Shown piece by piece: positions 1 through 9,038 of a stretch of 64,000 nt of DNA. A program made the translations under genes and the position numbers. Within the stretch, counting starts at the first letter, position 1; each line of letters opens with the position of its first letter. The stretch is from Candidatus Marinacidobacterales bacterium (lineage in GTDB: Bacteria; Acidobacteriota; Vicinamibacteria; Marinacidobacterales; DATDRI01), in the NCBI GenBank assembly GCA_965219415.1, contig CBDCNP010000002.1, forward strand, positions 3,840,001 through 3,904,000, read 5' to 3'. Below the pieces are notes generated by a model, which saw only the letters and a program-made list of their open reading frames with translations, made no database searches and had not been told where the DNA came from.

Positions 1-1680
1 CGCGGTCACCCCTAGCCATGCGGTAGCGGCCGCATGGAATGGGGACTGTTGCCACTTCGCGACAATCGGAATGGCGCCCGCAAGAGCCAGTAGCGCGAAC
101 ATGATTCCCACTTGCTCTCGAAAAAAGGCCCAGTTGAAGGCCAGCTTCGCCAACGGCCCTTCCGTAACTTGATCCCCGGTGGCGTAGTCACTCGAGAAGG
201 CGCGTCCCCATTGATCGAGGAACAACTCCGCATAACCCAAGTAATAGATACATGCCAGCGCCAAGCTCGTAGTCACCACCGCGACAATGCGTTTTCTCTG
301 CTGAGACTCTAGCTCGCCGGGTGCGATCCAACAGACGGCAACCAACCACGCCAGCCATAGCAAGATGCCATAGAGAAACGACCCAAAGTGGGCGGTCATG
401 GCGATCAAAGAAGCTGCGAAAGCGCCTAGCAAGGGCAGGGAGTGCTGGCTTCGTGTCGCCAGCAACAAGAACGCGAGGAAGATAACCGTCAACGCGGCGC
501 CGAAGAGGTTGGTGTAGTTTCCCGAAGAAAATGCCAAGAAGTTCAAGGGAACCAGCTGATAAACCGCGGCGGCCAGTATACCGGCGCGGACGTCGCGTAA
601 GAATCGCGCACCGAGAAACGCTAACACTAAACCTACCGAGAGGTCCGCCAACGTCGTCAACAACTTCAGAACCGTTACCGGATCGACTCCCAGGCTGGTA
701 AGGGGTACCGCCAGAACATACAGGGAAACGGGATACGGTATCTGGAACGGGGGATCATGCTGGGTTACGGAAGTAGTGAAGAGATTCCCTCCCACAACCT
801 CTTCCAGACGGTTGGCCTGAAACTGAGCGTCCGAGCTGAAAAAGAGCGGATAGAACTGGCCGGCCAGTTTCAATAGCAACGTTCCGGCTAGCACTCCGAT
901 TAGGATCGATCTTTCCATCGACCCGAGCCACTGGGCCCGACGAAGGACGACTCGAAGGACCGCACTCGCCCCGAGCGCCGTCCCCGCCAGCGTCATCACG
1001 CGTTGGGGGTAAGAGGAGAAGAGGACCGTGTCTTGCCCAAGTAGATAGGCGAAACCACCGATGAAGACCGAGGCCGCCAGCGATGAGACGGACAGTGGAA
1101 GGCCGGCCAGAAGCCCGGCGGCAAGCAGTATTGCGGCCGCGAGCGCCATGCGAACCGCAGGAGCCCTCCATCTCGGTGCTCCACCCTGAGGCTCGACCCT
1201 CACCGAGAAGATCTGAACCCCCAGCACGCGGGCGTCTTCGCGATCGTAGTCGGTCGGAACGAAGATCTCGGGATGGATCCCGAGCGTGAGCGACTCCCCG
1301 GGCAAAGTCGTACCGAAGCGATAGGTCACGAGCCCCGGATCCGATACGGTCTCGAAGACGGTGGCCCCGTTGGCGGTGAAACGGACTCGGGGCAACGCCA
1401 CCCCGTTTGGCCGAAGTGCCCTGAGCCTGACCTCGATCCGCAGTCGTTGTTGGGGAGGGAGGTTCTCTAAATGAACGAAGCTGTCCGCGGTGCTCCAACG
1501 GAAGCCCCGACCACTCATGCGCTCGTGGCCGTGGAAGCCCGATACGAACCCGTCTTCGTAGCGGCGCTCGAAGTCTACGTAGGCGGCGCGAGGTTGGCCG
1601 TAGACCCAGTAGGTCGCAAGGCCGGCCACCACCATCGGAAGCAGGACCAGCGCCGCGATTAGGGCTTTTCGAGCGACCAT
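1..1680 (-). CDS. Polytopic membrane protein, probable GT-C-fold glycosyltransferase (3' end runs off window)
   Basis: Absent from the ORF track because there is no stop in the window. ATG at 1680 (MVARKALIAALVLLPMVVAG...) overlaps the upstream gene end. Segments read manually in this frame down to position 1 are open and hydrophobic (YPLFFSSDAQFQ...IPYPVSLYVLA...GILAAAVYQLVP). Confidence 0.7.
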   Translation of the reverse strand, partial: MVARKALIAALVLLPMVVAGLATYWVYGQPRAAYVDFERRYEDGFVSGFHGHERMSGRGFRWSTADSFVHLENLPPQQRLRIEVRLRALRPNGVALPRVRFTANGATVFETVSDPGLVTYRFGTTLPGESLTLGIHPEIFVPTDYDREDARVLGVQIFSVRVEPQGGAPRWRAPAVRMALAAAILLAAGLLAGLPLSVSSLAASVFIGGFAYLLGQDTVLFSSYPQRVMTLAGTALGASAVLRVVLRRAQWLGSMERSILIGVLAGTLLLKLAGQFYPLFFSSDAQFQANRLEEVVGGNLFTTSVTQHDPPFQIPYPVSLYVLAVPLTSLGVDPVTVLKLLTTLADLSVGLVLAFLGARFLRDVRAGILAAAVYQLVPLNFLAFSSGNYTNLFGAALTVIFLAFLLLATRSQHSLPLLGAFAASLIAMTAHFGSFLYGILLWLAWLVAVCWIAPGELESQQRKRIVAVVTTSLALACIYYLGYAELFLDQWGRAFSSDYATGDQVTEGPLAKLAFNWAFFREQVGIMFALLALAGAIPIVAKWQQSPFHAAATAWLGVTA

Positions 1681-3329
1681 ATTTCGATAAGCGGTCCTTT
1701 GTACGACAGCCCAGCGCGTGCCGGCCAATCCTCGTTGTCCGTATAAGGATGCAGAGGATCCTCCCGTTTCTCGCGAAAGGGCGTGATACGGGCGAGCCGC
1801 GTTCCGTTACGCGCAACGCTTTCGAAAAAGGCTTTCACCTGGGGAGCCATTGGTCCGGGCGGGTAACGGAGCACGATGGCTTCAACACCGCGTGCGGCCA
1901 AAGGCTCCAAGTCTCGCGCTACGACTTCCTGATAATCGAAGTAGTTGCGGTTTCTTTCGTCACCACGACCAAGAAAGAATAGTTCATACGTAGGGTGGCT
2001 ACCCTCAGCGACCGCGAGCAGGTGGGAGTACTTCCCTTTGCGCTCCAGTTCGGCGAGCGCATCGTTTTCAATGAGGCTCTCCCTTACACTGTCGGCCGAT
2101 TGTGGAACCGGCACCGAATACGATTGCAGCGCAAGCGGAGTTCCATCGGCCAGCTCATTCACGATCCAGTCTCTCGCGAGCGTGCGTGTGTCTTCGCCCG
2201 CGAAGAGTCGATCCACCTGCACATCGTTGTATAGAGGCTGCAACGTGGCTATTAGTGCGACCGCCCAGGCAACCCGCGGTCCGAAACGCTCGCCTAACGA
2301 AGCAACCGCAAGTCCGGCGGCCACCGCCAGGCTGGGAAGAATCGGATTGAGATAGCGTCCCGCAAAGAAGGTGTAAGCGATGAACAGAAGGAACAAGAGG
2401 GGGAACCCTCCCCACAGCGCTAGCAAACGTCGATCCCGCCGAGCCATCAGAACCCAACCCACGACGATCAACGCGCACAGAAGATAGCCGAACCCCTGGT
2501 GCATCATGAACTGAACGTAGGCGGGCAGGCTCGGCAGAAAGAGTGATCCGCCGGAAACGCTCCGGTCCATCACGACTTGCCGGTTCGCGATCATGTGATC
2601 GATCGCGATAGGCAAGTCGATTACCACGAACGGAGAGAGCGCGAAGAACGTTGCGCCGGCCACCGCCCCGGTGAGAAGGACCTTCGCGACATCACGAAGG
2701 CCCGCGACCAGGAGGTGGTAGGCCACGAACGCGGGAGCCAAGAAGACCGTGTAATAGTGCGTCGCAAATGCCAATCCCATCGCCAGGCCCGAAAGCACAT
2801 AGGAACGGATCCGTGGATCTTCTCGGATCCGATCGAACGCGGCGAGAGCCAGGACCAGCAACAGCCCGGTGGGTACATCGTGCTTCAGATAGTGAGAATC
2901 TCGCACATGGAAGTATGCGACCGCCATGAAGAGAGCACCGGCTCGGGCTGCGGTTTGTCCGAAGTGTCTCGCCGCCAAGCGATAAGTAAGAACGATCGTC
3001 GCCAGCGCGCATAGGACGCCGAACAGCCGGCCCGCCACGAAGAAGTCCGTGGGGTCCTCGAAAAAGCGCGCCTCGAAGCCGGCGAGATTGGCGTAGTGGC
3101 CCACCAACCGGCCCACCACGAAGAGGCCACCCATGACACCGAACAAGAGGAAGAAAAAGAAGTTGGGATAAAGAAAATAGTGAGGATTGAGATCACGCGC
3201 AATGGAAAGTGCCCGGGCCATGATGTTGACTTCGTCGGGGTTGTAGACGTGGGGGAGCCCGTGTCCCAAGCCGTAGATTCGGAGCCCGGCGGCCAGAATC
3301 AAGATGCCCGCCAGCCAGGGGTCGCGCAC
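1659..3329 (-). CDS. GT-C glycosyltransferase (ArnT/PMT, GT39/GT83-like)
   Basis: 556 aa; first-loop 'YNPDE' acidic motif followed by many TM helices and a soluble C-terminal domain. Confidence 0.8.
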   Translation of the reverse strand: MRDPWLAGILILAAGLRIYGLGHGLPHVYNPDEVNIMARALSIARDLNPHYFLYPNFFFFLLFGVMGGLFVVGRLVGHYANLAGFEARFFEDPTDFFVAGRLFGVLCALATIVLTYRLAARHFGQTAARAGALFMAVAYFHVRDSHYLKHDVPTGLLLVLALAAFDRIREDPRIRSYVLSGLAMGLAFATHYYTVFLAPAFVAYHLLVAGLRDVAKVLLTGAVAGATFFALSPFVVIDLPIAIDHMIANRQVVMDRSVSGGSLFLPSLPAYVQFMMHQGFGYLLCALIVVGWVLMARRDRRLLALWGGFPLLFLLFIAYTFFAGRYLNPILPSLAVAAGLAVASLGERFGPRVAWAVALIATLQPLYNDVQVDRLFAGEDTRTLARDWIVNELADGTPLALQSYSVPVPQSADSVRESLIENDALAELERKGKYSHLLAVAEGSHPTYELFFLGRGDERNRNYFDYQEVVARDLEPLAARGVEAIVLRYPPGPMAPQVKAFFESVARNGTRLARITPFREKREDPLHPYTDNEDWPARAGLSYKGPLIEIWSLEKP

Positions 3330-3334
3330 TTACG

Positions 3335-4297
3335 TCAGGCCTGGGAAAAGAAGTCGATGACCCTCTGTAGCGTCTGTTCGAGTGTGAGGGAAGGTTTGTA
3401 CCCAGTGAGTTCCTGGATCTTGCTGACATCGGGAACACGCCGCGGCATATCCTCGAATCCTTCCTCGTACGCCTTCTCGTAGGGAACGAAGACGATGTCC
3501 GCCTTGCTCCCCGTCATTTCCTTGACCTTCTTCGCGAGATCCAAAATCGTGATCTCATTACCGGTGCCAATGTTGAAAACCTCTCCCACCGCACCGGGGT
3601 GAACCGCCAGATCGGCAAGCCCCTTGACCACGTCGGACACGTCGGTGAAGCATCTGGACTGCTTACCGTCACCAAAGACCGTGATCGGCCGCGCCGATAG
3701 AGCCTGTTTCACGAATGTCGGAATCACCATACCGTACTGGCCAGTTTGCCGCGGCCCAACCGTATTGAAGAGTCGCACGATGACGACCGGAAGTTTCTTT
3801 TCTTTGAAGTAGGCGAGCGCCAGGAACTCGTCGATGGCCTTCGAACAAGCATAGCTCCATCGGCCCTTGTTGGTCGGTCCCATGACCAGATCCGAATCTT
3901 CTCGGAAGGGAACATTGCTGTTCTTACCGTAGACCTCGGACGTCGATGCGATGATGACCTTCTTTTTCTTCTTGTTGGCAATGGTGAGAATGGTCTCGGT
4001 GCCGTACACGTTGGTTTCGATCGTATGCACTGGGCTTTCCACGATGAGTCGCACGCCTACCGCCGCCGCCAAATGGAAGATTGTGTCCACTCGGTCTATG
4101 AGCTCGGCCGTTACCGGTTGGTTGGATATCGTGTTGATGGTGTAGTGGAAGCGGGGATGGTCCTTGAGGTGTTCGATGTTCTCGATGCTCCCGGTGGAAA
4201 GATTGTCGATGACGTAGACTTCGTCGCCGCGCTCGAGAAGGGTGCCCGCCAGATGCGAGCCGACGAAGCCGGAGCCTCCCGTAATCAGGTATTTCAT
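3335..4297 (-). CDS. NAD-dependent nucleotide-sugar epimerase/dehydratase (UDP-GlcA decarboxylase-like)
   Basis: GGSGFVGS Rossmann motif, STSEVYG, YACSK (YxxxK). Confidence 0.9.
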   Translation of the reverse strand: MKYLITGGSGFVGSHLAGTLLERGDEVYVIDNLSTGSIENIEHLKDHPRFHYTINTISNQPVTAELIDRVDTIFHLAAAVGVRLIVESPVHTIETNVYGTETILTIANKKKKKVIIASTSEVYGKNSNVPFREDSDLVMGPTNKGRWSYACSKAIDEFLALAYFKEKKLPVVIVRLFNTVGPRQTGQYGMVIPTFVKQALSARPITVFGDGKQSRCFTDVSDVVKGLADLAVHPGAVGEVFNIGTGNEITILDLAKKVKEMTGSKADIVFVPYEKAYEEGFEDMPRRVPDVSKIQELTGYKPSLTLEQTLQRVIDFFSQA

Positions 4298-6005
4298 CGT
4301 CTCAGACCTCCCGCCGCGGGTCCCCGCTGTACCGCGTTTTTGACTACTTCCGCAACCCTCTGTGCTCCGCGCGCGTCGACCAATTTTTGGCCCGACTCGC
4401 TCATCGCCCGACGACGGGTTTCGTTGGCGAGGAGTGCCTCGGCGGCCTGGGTGATGTGTTTCTCTTCCAGCTCGGTGCCCAAACCCAGGTGCTCGATCGA
4501 CCCCGAGCGCGAGAAGTGCTCCATCCGCCGCACCTCACGCGCGTTTTGACACATGACGAGGCCCGGAACGCCCAGAGCTGCGATCTCATAGACCGTCATG
4601 CCTCCCGCACAAAAAACTAGATCGGCTTCTGACAGAATCTCCGCCATGTGCTCCACGTTCTCGAGCAGGATCGGCTGATAGTGGAGCCTCGGTAAGAGCT
4701 CACGGAGCTCCTGCCCGTAACTGAACGCCGGACCGAGAACCGCCTTGACGCCGAGCTCGCTCTTCATTATTTCCGGGCTGTCCAGCGCCCGAAGCACCTT
4801 CAAGGTAAGTCCTTGCGGATCGCTCCCACCGAAACTGATCACCACTTGACGGGCGTCGGCCCGCACCGGTTTGGCAGCTCCCGCAAAAGACTCTCGCAAG
4901 ATCGCGTACTCCGGACCACCGTAGAAGTCTTCGAGCTCCAACTGATCGACGCGCAGCGTCGCAATGATCATCGACGTAATCTCGGCGGGTTTCTCGATGT
5001 CCTCAAGGGTATCTACCAAATTCACCGTTGACGCCCCGAGCCTCGACAGCGCTTCCAGATACTCTTTCTCCAAGAAGGGTCGGTCGTTGACCACAATGTT
5101 GGGAGAATACTCTTGGATCGCGTCCACGATCGCATTGACTCCACCATTCGACAGAACGCGCACCGTGTAGCCTGCCCCGGAAACTCGTTTCACGCCTTCG
5201 GGGTGGTCAGCACTCATCAGGAATTGCACGTCCGCCGAAGAGATAGAACAGAGCTCGTCGGCTATCGCCAGGCTCCGATAAACGTGCCCCATGCCGATCT
5301 CAGCGCCACCGTCGACGCGAAAGACGATGCGTGGGAGACGCACGAGCTTTTCCGCAACCCAGAAGTCGTAAATGTCATGGATCGTAAAGGAAGATTCTTT
5401 GCCCATGAGGACATATCCGACCCGCTCGCCCAGTCGCTCCGACGAATCCAGGGTTTCTCGACGCATCGCCCAGATGGCGCCGTCCTCGCGAAAAAGCGGC
5501 TCCATGTCTTCGCGTCGGCCAGCCTTTCCGAACGCTTGTTTCAGCTTTCCGTCCACCAGCCGCCACATCAGAGCCTTTTCCTCACGCAAGGAAACGACCG
5601 AGTCCAAATCCTCTTTCACCAGCTTGTCCAAGGCCTCATCGATCTGCTCGGCGGTGCGGAAAGGCGACGTGGCTTGAGCATCACCACCAGATCGCACTTC
5701 TTCTTTTGCTCGGTCTCGACGAACTGCACGGCGTGCGCGATGACGGGCTTGATCAAGGGAACCGTGGCTAGCTCGGCGGGGCGGAGAAACGGGGCGTCGG
5801 CTCCGTAGTCACGCGCCACCGCCGCCACCTTTTCATCGTCGGTCGATACGACGACGCGATCGATGTAGCGACTCTTCGCCGCTTCTTGGAGCGTGTGAGC
5901 AATCAGTGGAATGGGGCCCAGCTTCTTGATGTTCATGTAGGGGACTTCGTCGTATCCCCCGCGGGCGGGCACGATGGCCACGACGCGCTGCTTTCCCACG
6001 GTCAC
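4294..6005 (-). pseudogene. Cytidylyltransferase (PseF/NeuA-like) fused to PseG/SpsG-like hydrolase, broken by a 1-nt frameshift near 5676
   Basis: ORF 5616-6005 (IVPARGG...VVSTDDE...FLRP...DLVVML) continues in another frame as QATSPFR...IGMGHVYRSL...SFGGSD...AGGMTVYE (ORF 4294-5697). Adding one C (CTC-CAA) restores the conserved 'LQATSP'. Could be a sequencing error. Confidence 0.75.
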
Positions 6006-7055
6006 TTAGAACATCTCCCACTGGAGCACGGCGTCTTCGGGAATGTCTTCTCGGGCGTTCCGGCCCACCACCATGTCCACGAACTTGGGGTAAATGCCGG
6101 TTCCCGGCCTTTTGAAAGTCAGCATGTCCCGGGTAATGCGTTCTCCCTGAGCGATGGCCTTGGCAGAGACGATGCTGCGACGAGCATATTGATAGGCCGC
6201 CGATTCCGCTTCGACCGGTCCCTTCTCATAACGTCCCAGAGCTTTCTCGATCGCACGGATGGAGTCCATCATCTGGCGAAGATCCTTCGGATCCACCGAC
6301 AGGTGATGGTCAGGGCTTCCAGGCAGTGTTTTGTCGACGGTGTAGTGTTTCTCGACCGCCACCGCTCCCAAGGCAACCGCGGCCTGAGGCACGGCGATGC
6401 CGAGGCTGTGATCGGAAAGGCCAACGGGGATTTCTGGAAAGGCAGCCTTCAGATGAAGCATCATGCGGAGGTTGACGTTCTCGTAGTCGCAGGGGTATTG
6501 AAGCGTGCATTGGAGCAGGACCACCTGGTCGTTTCCGGCCCCGCGCACGACCTCAACCGCTTCTCCCACTTCGGCGATGGTGGCAAGCCCAGTCGACAGC
6601 AGGACCGGTTTCCCCTTGCGTGCCACTCGCTCGATCAACGGATGATCCGTCAGATCCGCCGAAGCGATTTTGTACCCAGGAACGCCGAGCGCCTCTAGCA
6701 TGTCGACCGCTTCGTCGTCGAACGGAGTCGACAAACATAGGATCCCGACCTCCTTTGCATAGCGGAAGAGCTCGCGGTGTTCTTCTTCACCGAAGCCATC
6801 CAGCTTGGCGAAGGTGTCGTACTGAGAGCCATCGGGGTCGTCGGGCTCCACCCAATACCGCGGGGCGGTTCGCGTCGAAATCTTTCCCGCCTTGTAGCTT
6901 TGAAACTTGACGGCATCGGCACCGGCCTGCTTGGCCTCCCGGATGAGTGCCCGACCGAGCTCCATGTCACCGTTGTGGTTCACTCCCGCTTCGGCGATGA
7001 CGAAACAAGGGTGCCCCTCGCCGATCGGTCGATCTCCAAAGTGCACGGTCTTCAT
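6006..7055 (-). CDS. N-acetylneuraminate/pseudaminate synthase family (NeuB/PseI/SpsE), canonical
   Basis: IAEAGVNHNG, KFQ, QC..QYP, GLSDH, EKH motifs; C-terminal SAF domain (KRPGTGI). Confidence 0.9.
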   Translation of the reverse strand: MKTVHFGDRPIGEGHPCFVIAEAGVNHNGDMELGRALIREAKQAGADAVKFQSYKAGKISTRTAPRYWVEPDDPDGSQYDTFAKLDGFGEEEHRELFRYAKEVGILCLSTPFDDEAVDMLEALGVPGYKIASADLTDHPLIERVARKGKPVLLSTGLATIAEVGEAVEVVRGAGNDQVVLLQCTLQYPCDYENVNLRMMLHLKAAFPEIPVGLSDHSLGIAVPQAAVALGAVAVEKHYTVDKTLPGSPDHHLSVDPKDLRQMMDSIRAIEKALGRYEKGPVEAESAAYQYARRSIVSAKAIAQGERITRDMLTFKRPGTGIYPKFVDMVVGRNAREDIPEDAVLQWEMF

Positions 7056-7816
7056 GGTGTTTTGTCTAGCTCCACCGAACGTAGGTTCGCCGCCCGGTGC
7101 TGAAGGTGGGCGTTGATCGCGACCAGCCGCGGCTCCTCATCGAGCAAGCGGATAGCTTCGGCGGTCTCCAGCACCTCTCCGGGGCGATACAGTTTATCGA
7201 AGATCGCTCCCATTAGCTCCAGGTCCTCGGGCTCGTCGACGGTGAGTCGGTAGGCAGGGCGATAGAGCTGCTCCGGAAGCTCCGCGGTGACGATGCGAAA
7301 CCGCTCCGGGTTCTCCTTAATATAGAGGTTCACCAGCTCCGATCGGTGTCGATCCTCCCCGTCGTGATGGCTCACCGTGAGCGCGCGGCGGGAGATGACC
7401 TCGGGGAGAATCCCCATGAGCAAGGCGTCGCCGGGCACATAGGTGTAGTCAGCGTCTTGGCGTCGATGGAGATCGACTAAATTCCGCACCAACGATAAGT
7501 CGGTGAGGGGATTGTCTCCCGTCACCCTCACCACCGCGTCGGCCTGCCAGCGATCGGCCGCTTCGACGTACCGTCCCAAGACATCCTCCTCGTCGCCAGC
7601 GAAGACACCGACCCCCACCCTCTCACCCAGTTCCACGAGCACCTGGTTCTCAGGTGACTCCGATGTTGCCAGAACCACCTCGTCCAGCTCGTCGACGGAG
7701 AGAAGGCGGTTCAACAAATGCTCGAGGAGGGGCTTTCCAGCGAGAGGCGCGATGGCCTTTCCGGGACATCGACTGGAGCGCATGCGAGCGGAAACCACGC
7801 CGACGACCTTACTCAA
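7052..7816 (-). CDS. SpsF-like acylneuraminate cytidylyltransferase
   Basis: SARMRSSRCPGK, GDEEDVLGRY, RVTGDNP, RLTVDEPED motifs. Confidence 0.85.
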   Translation of the reverse strand: MSKVVGVVSARMRSSRCPGKAIAPLAGKPLLEHLLNRLLSVDELDEVVLATSESPENQVLVELGERVGVGVFAGDEEDVLGRYVEAADRWQADAVVRVTGDNPLTDLSLVRNLVDLHRRQDADYTYVPGDALLMGILPEVISRRALTVSHHDGEDRHRSELVNLYIKENPERFRIVTAELPEQLYRPAYRLTVDEPEDLELMGAIFDKLYRPGEVLETAEAIRLLDEEPRLVAINAHLQHRAANLRSVELDKTP

Positions 7817-8831
7817 AGAGCTCCTCCGTCAACGGCTCCCAGGCGGGGATGTCCCGCCGCGGCTTTCTTCCTAAAAGGCGCGGCATATCAAGGGGTGCCA
7901 CCCCTCTTTCGTTCCGCACCAAGGCCAATTGCTCGGCCCGCAGAGGCTCACCTTTTTGCAGAGCTTCCCTCGAGACGACGGCACGGCGCATCAACTGATG
8001 GTAGCGGTGAGCGCTTTCAGAGAGGGTCATCACTTCGTCGCCGCGAGCCAGCTCCGATTGCCGGATCAGACCGACCATCTCGCCGAACGGCCCGGGCTCG
8101 AGAGAAGACTCGCAGTCGAACCCCTTCGCTTGCCTGTCTCTGGTGATATGTTTTTCTACGAGATCGGCACCGGAGGCGACGGCCAGCGCCGGAAGAAGTT
8201 TCGCCATGAGCGAGCCTCCATCCACGTGGTCGAGAAACCCCACCGGGAGCCCGAATTTCGTTTTGAGGGTTCGGATGTAGCGCAGGTGTGAGTCGTCAAC
8301 TTTGGTTGGGAAGTTCTGCACGCCATGGAGCAGAACGACCTCTCGATTGCCTTCGCGAGTCGTCGCCTCGATCGCGGCTTCGACCGTTCCGAGGCCGCTT
8401 CCGCCCGTCGACAACAGCACCGGTTTGCCGGTGGCGGCAACGGCGCGGATGAACTCCGGATTCTCCATGTCGGTCGAATGGATCTTGTAGGCGGCTATGC
8501 CGCCCCTCTCTCCAATACTCAGGCTTGGGCGATCGAAGATATCCGCGAATACCGGAAGCCCCTTCTCGCTGGCTTCGTCGAGAATCCGTTCCCACTCTCG
8601 GGGCGCGATCTCAATCTGGCGAAACGTGGGAAAGCGGGAATCGGTGGGAGCGATGAGCTCCTCGGCGGCGAACAGCTGAAACTTGATGCCGTCGGCTCCC
8701 GCGCGTTGGGCGTAGCGAGCCAGTTCAAGGGCTTCCGCAGGCTCACCTTGGTGGGCGGAGGCCACTTCGGCAAGGACGAAGCAGTTCGCGCCGTCGCCGA
8801 TCTGGCGATCTCCGACGTTAACGGTCATCAC
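7809..8831 (-). CDS. Second, divergent NeuB/SpsE-family synthase
   Basis: AEVASAHQG, KFQ, LDH, EKH motifs and SAF domain; several active-site positions differ from consensus. Confidence 0.85.
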   Translation of the reverse strand: MMTVNVGDRQIGDGANCFVLAEVASAHQGEPAEALELARYAQRAGADGIKFQLFAAEELIAPTDSRFPTFRQIEIAPREWERILDEASEKGLPVFADIFDRPSLSIGERGGIAAYKIHSTDMENPEFIRAVAATGKPVLLSTGGSGLGTVEAAIEATTREGNREVVLLHGVQNFPTKVDDSHLRYIRTLKTKFGLPVGFLDHVDGGSLMAKLLPALAVASGADLVEKHITRDRQAKGFDCESSLEPGPFGEMVGLIRQSELARGDEVMTLSESAHRYHQLMRRAVVSREALQKGEPLRAEQLALVRNERGVAPLDMPRLLGRKPRRDIPAWEPLTEELFE

Positions 8832-9038
8832 TTAATGCTCGCATTTCAATTAGTGGCGCGGGGCCCCACCCCCACGCTTCATGCTCCGCCGGCAAGCGGC
8901 TCCGCATCGGCTCAGGGCGGCACTCGGGCCGCCTGGCTGCGGGTGCCCCGGTGAGCCCGAACTACTGAGAGTAAACGAGATCGAAGCTTGATTCCACCGG
9001 GGCAACGGAAACTCCTGTTTCCGACATAAGATAGGCCG

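Noticed and set aside
755-1816. 353-aa minus-strand ORF in the track
   Set aside because: Arg/Gly-rich shadow frame; the real gene is the hydrophobic frame starting at 1680 and running off the window
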